A DNA stretch of 26,798 nt from Flavobacteriales bacterium. GTDB taxonomy: Bacteria > Bacteroidota > Bacteroidia > Flavobacteriales > Flavobacteriaceae. Below the pieces are notes generated by a model. The model did no database searches, had not been told where the DNA came from, and was given only the letters and a program-made list of their open reading frames with translations. The position numbers and the translations under genes were made by a program. This document shows positions 1 to 7,671 of this stretch, one piece after another (position 1 is the stretch's first letter; the number at the start of each line of letters is the position of its first letter). The DNA lies in NCBI GenBank assembly GCA_027008965.1, contig JALVDN010000241.1, positions 1 through 26,798 on the forward strand. Direction: 5' to 3'.

Positions 1-2
1 CA

Positions 3-317
3 AGTTTACTCAACCTGGTTTCCAACGCCATTCGATACAACAAGAAAAACGGCGAAGTGGTCATTTCATATCAACCGGCAGGTGAAAAAATCATTTTAAA
101 AATAAAAGACACAGGCATAGGCATCAAGTCCAAACACCTTGCGCGGATTTTCGAGCGTTTCTACAGAGTGGATAAAGCCCGGTCCCGGAAAAAAGGAGGT
201 TCCGGTTTGGGACTGGCCATTGTCAAGCATATCATGGAAGCACACGGCGAACAAGTTTATGCAAAAAGCAAATCCGGCGAAGGCTCCGAGTTTTTTATTA
301 CGCTACGCAAATCCTAA
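3..317 (+). CDS. Sensor histidine kinase, PhoR-like, C-terminal HATPase_c domain (5'-partial)
   Basis: Frame is open from the window edge. It reads NLVSNAIRY (N box), DTGIGI (G1), IFERFYRVDKARSRKKGGSGLGLAIVKH (F/G2 boxes) and ends at TAA 315-317. Confidence 0.9.
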   Translation, partial: SLLNLVSNAIRYNKKNGEVVISYQPAGEKIILKIKDTGIGIKSKHLARIFERFYRVDKARSRKKGGSGLGLAIVKHIMEAHGEQVYAKSKSGEGSEFFITLRKS

Positions 318-330
318 AGTTTTAATTTCA

Positions 331-564
331 GGGCGCCTGCCCGCACAGGTTCGCCCTACGGCGGGTGCTTCGTGCGGACGGAGCGCATTCGCACCCGCCG
401 GGTCTCACCCGGCGGGCACCGGGCTGTCCGCTTGAATTCGGCTCGGGCAAGCCGGTTTTTCCAAAAAGTCGGCGGGTAAGTCTCCTCGTCTCCGCTCGGA
501 GCCGCCCCGCCTCCGGAAAAACAAGGTTTGCCCTTCGCCTCATATCGCTTCCATCCCTGGCGCG
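331..564 (-). repeat. Structured dispersed repeat or ncRNA-like element, copy C3 (long, divergent variant)
   Basis: The reverse complement starts CGCGCC and ends GGCGCCC like the other copies. It carries GGCTCCGAGCGGAGACGAGGAGAC (rc of 480-503), 23/24 identical to 14873-14896. Nested stems: 445-453/525-533, 456-462/515-521, 471-476/506-511. Confidence 0.8.
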
Positions 565-566
565 TA

Positions 567-594
567 ACAATGAACAATTGACAATGGACAATTG
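567..594. repeat. Heptamer tandem repeat, 4 units (ACAATGA ACAATTG ACAATGG ACAATTG)
   Basis: Read directly from the sequence. Confidence 0.85.
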
Positions 595-628
595 AAAATA
601 TAAAAATCTAAAAGTAAAGGAATATTTT

Positions 629-788
629 TGTCACTTAGAGCGAATGCAAGAAGTCTCAATTTTTTGATGTTTCCAAGAGATTTCTCGTCGCTCGCCTGCG
701 GCTCGCTCCCACGAAATGACAACGCTGGAATCCCAATAAAATCAGTACCACTTTGTCATTCCGACGGAGCGAAGCGAGGAGGAATCTC
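629..788. repeat. REP-like palindromic element of the TGTCATT...AATCTC type, three arms
   Basis: Arm 677-721 (GAGATTTCTC...GAAATGACA) is an inverted copy of arm 754-788 (TGTCATTCCGACGGAGCGAAGCGAGGAGGAATCTC) and of the degenerate arm 629-657 (TGTCAC...AAGTCTC). Confidence 0.75.
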
Positions 789-791
789 TTC

Positions 792-946
792 GCGCCGGCG
801 GGCGCAGTGTTATCCTTTTGAAGACCCGCCTGATTTTTTGTGTGGACGAGGAGGCTCAACACGGAGGTGGTGAGACCCCGCAGGCCACGATACAAAAAAC
901 AGTGCGGGGTGAAAAAGATTTAAACGGAGCACGCCACAAGGCGCCC
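792..946 (+). repeat. Structured dispersed repeat or ncRNA-like element, copy C1
   Basis: 792-823 matches 14811-14842 at 31/32. 911-935 matches 14932-14956 at 25/25. Internal stems covary between the copies. Confidence 0.9.
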
Positions 947-972
947 TGAAAATGAAAAATGTAAGATCTCGT

Positions 973-991
973 ATTTAGAACTATTCTAAAT
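973..991. promoter_or_regulatory. 19-bp inverted repeat operator, Fur-box-like
   Basis: ATTTAGAA-CTA-TTCTAAAT is a perfect 8-3-8 palindrome (9-3-9 including T972/A992). It resembles the ATTTAGAATTATTCTAAAT Fur box I recall for Flavobacteriia (Riemerella). Confidence 0.6.
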
Positions 992-1011
992 AAATTGAAA
1001 AAATTAATTTC

Positions 1012-1019
1012 TATATTTG
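1012..1019 (+). promoter_or_regulatory. Bacteroidota primary-sigma -7 element for the act operon
   Basis: TATATTTG matches TAnnTTTG and lies 30 nt before ATG 1050. No clear -33 TTTG. Confidence 0.65.
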
Positions 1020-1049
1020 CCTAGCCTCAAAAAATCAAAAATTCTATTT

Positions 1050-2024
1050 ATGAGAGAAGCACAAACTATCAGGATGTTGTTGTTGAGCTGGGTGCTGTTT
1101 TTCTTTAGTTTCTCTTATTCCAATCAAAATTTACTTTCTTTCCATTCTTCTGCGGACTATAGTTTTGTGCAAGCCCAAGAAGAAGGGGGAGGAAAAGCGG
1201 TTAAGGAAGCTAAGGAAGAGAAGACAGTACAATCTTCATCGGTTGAAGAGAGACCTTATGATAAAATAGACCCGGAGTTTAGGAATTTAGGTCCGGGTTT
1301 CGGTGGGAAAAATACCATTCCATTTGTCATTGCATTGGTGGTTTTTTTGTTAGCCATGGGCGGTGTGATTAAAGGGAAATCCAAGGCGGTCAAGACTGCT
1401 GCCGGAGTGTTTGCTTTGGCTTCGTTGGGCGTTATTGCCTACATAACCTATTGGGAAGCCCGTGCATTGGGCCGTCAACAAGGTTATGCGCCGGTGCAAC
1501 CCATCTGGTTTTCGCACAAAGTTCATGTGACTCAAAATAAAATTGATTGTGAATATTGCCATGTGGATGTGCGGGAGAGTCGTCATGCAGGTATCCCGAG
1601 TTTGAATGTATGTCTCAACTGTCATAGTGTGGTGAAAAAAGGTAAGATTTCGGGCGATAAGGAAATTTCAAAAATTTATGCGTACTTGGGTTACAATCCT
1701 TCTACCCAACAATTTGATAAGCCCGGAAAACCTATTGAGTGGATTAAAGTGCATAACCTTCCGGACCATGTATATTTCAATCATGCGCAACATGTGCAAG
1801 CCGGAAAAGTGGCATGTCAGGAATGTCATGGGCCTGTTGAAAAAATGAACAGGGTAGTGGAATATAAAGAGTTGAGTATGAAGTTCTGCTTGGATTGCCA
1901 CAGAAAAAGAGAAATCATTACGGATAATCAATACTATGCGTTGTATAAATTCCATTTAAATCCGGGTGAAAAGCCCAAAGTGAAAGATATTGGCGGTCAG
2001 GATTGTTCATCTTGTCATTATTAA
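1050..2024 (+). CDS. actA: Alternative complex III subunit ActA, membrane-anchored pentaheme cytochrome c
   Basis: Five CxxCH motifs (CEYCH, CLNCH, CQECH, CLDCH, CSSCH). GYAPVQPIWFSHKVH and LPDHVYFNHAQH motifs. Signal peptide plus two hydrophobic helices. First gene of the act cluster. ATG 1050 is preferred because the ORF-track TTG at 1017 lies inside the -7 box. Confidence 0.92.
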   Translation: MREAQTIRMLLLSWVLFFFSFSYSNQNLLSFHSSADYSFVQAQEEGGGKAVKEAKEEKTVQSSSVEERPYDKIDPEFRNLGPGFGGKNTIPFVIALVVFLLAMGGVIKGKSKAVKTAAGVFALASLGVIAYITYWEARALGRQQGYAPVQPIWFSHKVHVTQNKIDCEYCHVDVRESRHAGIPSLNVCLNCHSVVKKGKISGDKEISKIYAYLGYNPSTQQFDKPGKPIEWIKVHNLPDHVYFNHAQHVQAGKVACQECHGPVEKMNRVVEYKELSMKFCLDCHRKREIITDNQYYALYKFHLNPGEKPKVKDIGGQDCSSCHY

Positions 2025-2041
2025 TCAAAAAAGAAAAAGAC

Positions 2042-5000
2042 ATGAAAAAATATTGGAGAAGTATTGAAGAATACAAGCTCGTCAAAGAAGGGAAAACCCC
2101 CGAAAAAGAACCCGAATTTTCGATTGAAGGACTATCGCAAGACGAAATCAAAAACAAATATATTGCCAACAGGCGTGATTTTTTGAAACTTTTGGGATTT
2201 GGAACCGCTTTTGCAGTGGCGGCCACAAGTTGTCAACAACCCGTAAGGAAAGCCATTCCTTTTTTGGTTAGACCCGAGAACGTTACCCCGGGAGTGGCCG
2301 ATTACTATGCCACAGTGATGTGGGACGGTTATGATTTCGGAAGTTTATTGGTGAAAGTGCGGGACGGACGACCTATTAAAGTGGAACCTAATGATCAAGT
2401 TCCTTTCAACGGGACAAGTGCCAGACATCAGGCCAGTGTATTGGATTTGTATGACACGGCCCGCTTGCAAAAACCCAAGAAAGACGGAAAAGACGTAAGT
2501 TGGAAAACTGTTATCAAAGAAATTAAATCCCAATTGGAAACCTTTGCCGGTTCCAATGATAAAGTATATTTTGTGACCAGTACACAAACCGGTCCTTCTT
2601 TCAAAAAGTTGATGGAAACTTTTGTGGCCAAATATCCCAACGTGGAAGTGGTCACGGTGGATCCGGTTTCTTACTCTGCATTGATTGAAGCCAATGAGGC
2701 AACATTTGGTAAAGCTGTTGTTCCTTCCTACAGATTTGATAAGGCGGAAGTGATTGTTGGTATCAATGCCGATTTTCTTGGAACATGGCTTTCACCGGTT
2801 GAATTTGCGGCTCAATATGCCAAGGGCAGGGATTTGCGTTCCGGCAAAAAAATGTCTAAACACTATCAAGTGGAAAGCTTGATGAGCTTGACCGGCACCA
2901 ACGCCGACGAGAGAATCATCATCAAACCCGCCGAAGAGAAAAAATTTGTTATCAAATTATACAATACTATAGCCAAAGCAACCGGTAACCCTACCATCCA
3001 AGAACCCCCTTGTAAAAAAGATGTTTCGGCCATAGCCAAGCATTTATTGGCTCATAAAGGAAAGTCATTGGTTGTGTCGGGAAGTCAAGACAAAAATATT
3101 CAAGTGTTGGTCAACGGAATCAATGCCATGCTAAATAATTACGGCAGCACCATAAACTTGGAAAAACCTTTCTTGCTCCGTCAAGGAAAAGACGCAGACT
3201 TCCAAAAAGTAGTTGAAGACGTTAAGGCGGGCAAGGTGGCCGGGGTGATTTTCCACAAACTGAACCCGTTCTATGAGTTTAATTTGGATGAAAAAACCAA
3301 AGAAAAATTCTCCAAGCTCAAATTTACGGCTATTTTTGCCGATCGCATGGATGAGACGGCCCAAAAAATGAAATATGTTTTGGCTACCTCGCACTATATG
3401 GAATCATGGGGAGATCATGAGCCTCGAAAAGGAGAGTTCATGCTTCAACAACCGGTTATCAACAAGCTTTGGGATACACGCCAATCCGAAGAAGTTTTGA
3501 TGGAGTTGGCAGATGTTTCAGGTGATTATCACGGCTTTATCAAAAATTATTGGAAAGAAAATATTTATCCTCACGTAAACGGCTATGTTGATTTTGAAAA
3601 CTTCTGGGTTGAAGCCTTACAAAATGGTTATAAATCCGTATCCATACCTGTGGTGGAAAACAATGAAGAAAATTCAAACACAGAAGAAGAAACTCAAAAG
3701 ACCGGTTTTGACTTTTCATATGTAACAACCAACCAAGGAGAACTTTCATCTTTCAAAAAGCCGGAAGGAATAGAGTTGGTATTATATGAAAAGGTAGGTA
3801 TAGGCATCGGGAAATATGCCAACAATCCATGGTTGCATGAATTGCCCGATCCGGTTACCAAAGTGGTTTGGGATAATTATGTAACCGTTTCGCCTTCCAT
3901 GGCCAAAGAAAAGGGCTGGGAGCAAGAAGATGTTGTGAAGGTGAAATATAATGGGGTTGAAGTAGAACTTCCGGTGGTTATTCAACCCGGTCAAGCCCCT
4001 CAAACCATAGGAATAGCTTTGGGTTATGGAAGGGATGGAATTGGACCTATCGGTGAAGGTGTTGGAAAATCGGTAACCGGGTTTATACGATATGAAAACG
4101 GAAACCGTCAATATACACGTATTCCCGTGGAGGTTTCCGCAACGGGAGCCACTTATGAAATTGCTTCCACGCAAACACATCACACCATGGAAGGGCGTGA
4201 TATTGTACGTGAAACCACTTTTGAAAACTGGAAGAAAGATCCTAAGCACGGAAATGAAAAACACGAGTTTTATAAAAAGAAATTAGCTCCCATCACGCTC
4301 TACAAACATGGATATGACCCGGCCAAATACCCCGGGCATCATTGGGGTATGGCCATAGACATGACTTTATGTACGGGATGTTCGGCCTGTATTATTGCAT
4401 GTCAAGTGGAAAACAACATTGCCATTGTAGGTAAGGAGCAAGTCAGGAGAAAACGTGCCATGCATTGGTTACGAATAGATCGCTATTATTCACAGGAAGA
4501 AAACGAATTATATTCAGAAATTAAGGAAAATCCCGAAGTGGTACATCAACCGGTGATGTGTCAACATTGTGATCAAGCACCTTGTGAAAATGTTTGTCCG
4601 GTTGCGGCTACACCACACACCAACGAAGGGTTGAACTCCATGGCCTATAACCGATGTATCGGTACAAGATATTGTATGAACAACTGTCCTTATAAAGTAA
4701 GGCGATTTAACTGGTATAATTTTGTTGAGGGTGGTGAATATAACTACTTGTTCAATGATGAAGTAAAAAGACTGGTACTCAATCCGGATGTAGTGGTTCG
4801 TCAACGTGGTGTGGTTGAAAAATGTACCATGTGTATCCAAAGAATACAAGCCGGAAAACTTCAAGCCAAAAACGAAGGACGACCGTTGAAAGACGGAGAA
4901 ATCAAGTTGGCTTGTGAACAAGCATGTCCTACAGGGGCCATCACCTTTGGTGATACCAATATGGAAAATTCACGAGTGATTAAGCTGTTTGAAGATGACA

Positions 5001-5149
5001 GGGCATACGGCTTGTTGGAAGAATTACATACATTACCCAGTGTGGTATATTTGACAAAAGTTCGAAACAAAGAACATGTGGATTTTGATTACAGTATAGA
5101 TGCCGTGGAGCATGAAGAAAACCATAATGAAGATCATTCTAAAGCTTAA
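2042..5149 (+). CDS. actB: ACIII subunit ActB: Tat-variant translocated molybdopterin-oxidoreductase-like domain fused to an Fe-S domain
   Basis: MKKYWRSIEE N-terminus, NRRDFLK Tat motif, then AVAATSC (probable lipidated Cys). Fe-S motifs CTGCSACIIAC, CQHCDQAPCENVCP, CIGTRYCMNNCPY and CTMC...CEQACP. Start set to ATG 2042. Confidence 0.93.
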   Translation: MKKYWRSIEEYKLVKEGKTPEKEPEFSIEGLSQDEIKNKYIANRRDFLKLLGFGTAFAVAATSCQQPVRKAIPFLVRPENVTPGVADYYATVMWDGYDFGSLLVKVRDGRPIKVEPNDQVPFNGTSARHQASVLDLYDTARLQKPKKDGKDVSWKTVIKEIKSQLETFAGSNDKVYFVTSTQTGPSFKKLMETFVAKYPNVEVVTVDPVSYSALIEANEATFGKAVVPSYRFDKAEVIVGINADFLGTWLSPVEFAAQYAKGRDLRSGKKMSKHYQVESLMSLTGTNADERIIIKPAEEKKFVIKLYNTIAKATGNPTIQEPPCKKDVSAIAKHLLAHKGKSLVVSGSQDKNIQVLVNGINAMLNNYGSTINLEKPFLLRQGKDADFQKVVEDVKAGKVAGVIFHKLNPFYEFNLDEKTKEKFSKLKFTAIFADRMDETAQKMKYVLATSHYMESWGDHEPRKGEFMLQQPVINKLWDTRQSEEVLMELADVSGDYHGFIKNYWKENIYPHVNGYVDFENFWVEALQNGYKSVSIPVVENNEENSNTEEETQKTGFDFSYVTTNQGELSSFKKPEGIELVLYEKVGIGIGKYANNPWLHELPDPVTKVVWDNYVTVSPSMAKEKGWEQEDVVKVKYNGVEVELPVVIQPGQAPQTIGIALGYGRDGIGPIGEGVGKSVTGFIRYENGNRQYTRIPVEVSATGATYEIASTQTHHTMEGRDIVRETTFENWKKDPKHGNEKHEFYKKKLAPITLYKHGYDPAKYPGHHWGMAIDMTLCTGCSACIIACQVENNIAIVGKEQVRRKRAMHWLRIDRYYSQEENELYSEIKENPEVVHQPVMCQHCDQAPCENVCPVAATPHTNEGLNSMAYNRCIGTRYCMNNCPYKVRRFNWYNFVEGGEYNYLFNDEVKRLVLNPDVVVRQRGVVEKCTMCIQRIQAGKLQAKNEGRPLKDGEIKLACEQACPTGAITFGDTNMENSRVIKLFEDDRAYGLLEELHTLPSVVYLTKVRNKEHVDFDYSIDAVEHEENHNEDHSKA

Positions 5150-5160
5150 AATTCAGGACT

Positions 5161-6579
5161 ATGTATAAAAAATCTGTACGAGGAGAACTGATTTTGGGGA
5201 ATAAGTCCTACACCCAAATAACCGAAGATGTACTACGTCACCAAGAATCGGAACCGAAATGGTATTCCGCACCAAAATGGTGGTGGATAAGTTTCATTGT
5301 ATTTTTTATTCTCATGGCCGTGGGTTTGGGCTATTATGTTCCCCGTACCATAGTGAAAGGAATTGGAGAATGGGGGAATAATAATCAGACTGCATGGGGA
5401 TGGGCTATCATCAACTTTGTTTGGTGGATCGGTATCGGTCATGCCGGAACGGCCTTTTCCATTTTCTTGTTGGTTTTGCGACAAAAATGGAGAACTTCCA
5501 TCAACCGTGCAGCAGAAGCCATGACTATTTTTGCCGTTATGGCGGCAGGTTTGTTCCCGGCCATTCACGTGGGAAGACCCTGGGATGAATTTTTCATTTT
5601 CCCATATGGGCCCAATACCAGAGGTTTATGGGTTAACTGGAATTCCCCGCTACTTTGGGACGTATTGGCTATTACCACTTATTTGACCACATCGTTTTTG
5701 TTCTGGTATATTGGGATGTTGCCTGATTTTGCAACCATACGGGAGCGTTCCACCGGAATCAAAAAGAAAATTTTCTCGGCACTTAGTTTCGGTTTTGTAG
5801 GCCATTTGAAAACTTGGCGTCGTTTTGAAGATGCGGTTATTATCATAGGTGGTTTAGCTGCGCCTTTGGTAATTTCCGTACACTCCATCGTATCCACCGA
5901 CTTTTCGGTTTCGGTACTTCCCGGATGGCATGAAACCATCTTCCCTCCTTTCTTTGTGGTGGGTGCCATTTTCTCGGGTTTTGCCATGGTATTAACTTTG
6001 ATGATTATTATTCGTAAGGTTTATAAACTACACGAATATGTGACCGATGATCATCTTGATGCCATTGCAAGAATTATCATATTTGTCAGTTTAATCATGG
6101 GCTCGGCTTACGTTATAGAATTATTCATAGCATGGTATTCTTCAAACACCTATGAAAAATATGTTTTTATAGATAACTATATGTTTGGAGATTATGCTGT
6201 TCCATATTGGCTCATGTTTATATTTAATGCATTGATACCTCAACTTTTCTGGTTCAAGAAAATAAGAAGGAATTTAGTTTGGCTCTTTGTAATATCCATT
6301 ATTATCAACATTGGTATGTGGCTTGAGCGCTACAACATTGTGATTCCTCCCACGGCGCAAGATTTCTTGCCGGCCAATTGGAGTGAATATTCACCTACTG
6401 TTGTTGATATATGGATTTATTTGGGAACTATAGGATTGTTTGGCGTGGGAACTTTATTGTTTATGCGATTCTTACCAATTATGGCCATGAACGAATTGAA
6501 ACAACAAGCCAAACGTCAAACCGAATTAAACGTAGAAGTGGATGTTTACGATATATTCGAAAAAAAATTAGTCAAATGA
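5161..6579 (+). CDS. actC: ACIII subunit ActC, NrfD/PsrC-family quinol-oxidising membrane protein
   Basis: NFVWWIGIGHAGT, HVGRPW, SPLLWDV and PGWHETIFPPFFVVGAIFSGFAMV motifs; polytopic hydrophobic pattern. Confidence 0.93.
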   Translation: MYKKSVRGELILGNKSYTQITEDVLRHQESEPKWYSAPKWWWISFIVFFILMAVGLGYYVPRTIVKGIGEWGNNNQTAWGWAIINFVWWIGIGHAGTAFSIFLLVLRQKWRTSINRAAEAMTIFAVMAAGLFPAIHVGRPWDEFFIFPYGPNTRGLWVNWNSPLLWDVLAITTYLTTSFLFWYIGMLPDFATIRERSTGIKKKIFSALSFGFVGHLKTWRRFEDAVIIIGGLAAPLVISVHSIVSTDFSVSVLPGWHETIFPPFFVVGAIFSGFAMVLTLMIIIRKVYKLHEYVTDDHLDAIARIIIFVSLIMGSAYVIELFIAWYSSNTYEKYVFIDNYMFGDYAVPYWLMFIFNALIPQLFWFKKIRRNLVWLFVISIIINIGMWLERYNIVIPPTAQDFLPANWSEYSPTVVDIWIYLGTIGLFGVGTLLFMRFLPIMAMNELKQQAKRQTELNVEVDVYDIFEKKLVK

Positions 6580-7076
6580 AAAAGTTAATAGGTGTTTACA
6601 CGGACGATGTAAAACTCATGAACGGAATTGACAAAATGGTGGAAGAAAAAGTGCCGGTTGAAGATGTCATCACGCCGTTTGTAATTGAAGAATTGTTTGA
6701 AAAACTGCACATACACTCCAATATTCAATTGCTAGCATTTTTCTACGGAGTTATGGCGCTTATAGGAACTTTTTCGGGCTTATATTATACCTTTGTAATT
6801 GACTACCCGCTTAATATAGGCGGCAAGCCCAATCTTTCATTGGTTTTTGTTATTCTTCTTTTTGTTTTGATGGTTTTAACGGTAGTTGTATTGACCGTTT
6901 TAACTTTTTTTCATCAAGAGCGGTTATATCCGATGAAAAAACCTCCGTTTGAGTATCCCGGTATGCACACCGATAAGTTTGTGGTTGTGGTTCCGGTGGA
7001 TGTGAAAGAAAAAGCGGAATCTATATTTTCTGAAACCGGTGCAATTGATATTAAAGAAATTGAAGTAAACGAATAA
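6576..7076 (+). CDS. actD: ACIII subunit ActD (DUF3341-like)
   Basis: Position in the operon, ATGA overlap with the actC stop, two hydrophobic helices around DYPLNIGGKP. True start is 6576, not 6411. Confidence 0.85.
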   Translation: MKKLIGVYTDDVKLMNGIDKMVEEKVPVEDVITPFVIEELFEKLHIHSNIQLLAFFYGVMALIGTFSGLYYTFVIDYPLNIGGKPNLSLVFVILLFVLMVLTVVVLTVLTFFHQERLYPMKKPPFEYPGMHTDKFVVVVPVDVKEKAESIFSETGAIDIKEIEVNE

Positions 7077-7091
7077 ACAAATAAGTATATT

Positions 7092-7664
7092 ATGAAAAAA
7101 ATATTTATAAGTTTACTCGGGGTATTAATTTTACAGGCATGTAATCACCATCCCGAAAAAACATATTGGGACTATATGGGAAATTTTGATATGTATTATT
7201 CAAAAGCATATGAAACTTATGCCGAAAATCCTGTATTTCCGGATGGTAAAACACTTCAGACCATGCCCGAAGGAACCGTGGCAAGAGGCAAAAAACCTTA
7301 TCCCTTTAAAAGTAAATTGGGTGATAGAAAAAAAGCAGGTGAAGTTTTGAAAAATCCTCTTCCCAAAACCAAGGAAAATTTATTAAGGGGACAACAAAAG
7401 TATAATATCTACTGTGCCGTATGTCATGGAAAAGACGGAAAGGGTGTGGCAACTTCTGACTCCAATACTTTGTATAAAATGAAATTATATAACATACCTC
7501 CTGCCAATTTGAATACGGAATTGGTAAAAAACTATCCCGACGGTGAAATTTTTCATGTAATCACCATGGGTTCGGCTATCATGGGAGCGCATGGGAGCCA
7601 AATTAAACCCAATGATCGTTGGAGAATTGTGCATTATATTAAAAACGGCTTTCAAGTAAAATAA
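7092..7664 (+). CDS. actE: ACIII subunit ActE, monoheme cytochrome c lipoprotein
   Basis: Lipobox LILQAC, PEGTVARG motif, single CAVCH, DGEIFHVITMG..MGAH and RWRIVHYI. Confidence 0.92.
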   Translation: MKKIFISLLGVLILQACNHHPEKTYWDYMGNFDMYYSKAYETYAENPVFPDGKTLQTMPEGTVARGKKPYPFKSKLGDRKKAGEVLKNPLPKTKENLLRGQQKYNIYCAVCHGKDGKGVATSDSNTLYKMKLYNIPPANLNTELVKNYPDGEIFHVITMGSAIMGAHGSQIKPNDRWRIVHYIKNGFQVK

Positions 7665-7671
7665 AGAAATT

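Noticed and set aside
1-14. Possible frameshift at the kinase 5' edge (CAAGTTTACTC would read QVLL with one more T)
   Set aside because: The in-frame reading S-L-L-N-L-V-S-N is also plausible. It cannot be decided without upstream sequence or reads.
139-895. Short ORFs across the repeat island (139-435, 328-591, 356-577, 365-595, 540-722, 628-873, 656-895)
   Set aside because: They are translations of GC-rich palindromes and heptamers (e.g. CHSDGAKRGGIS, QLTMDN), overlap in several frames, and show no protein motifs.
331-946. CRISPR array, tRNA or IS element
   Set aside because: No regularly spaced identical repeats with unique spacers, no cloverleaf or T-loop consensus, no transposase ORF, and no target-site duplication.
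5080-5149. His/acid-rich ActB tail (EHEENHNEDHSKA) as a metal-binding module
   Set aside because: Short, low-complexity, and probably a variable disordered tail.
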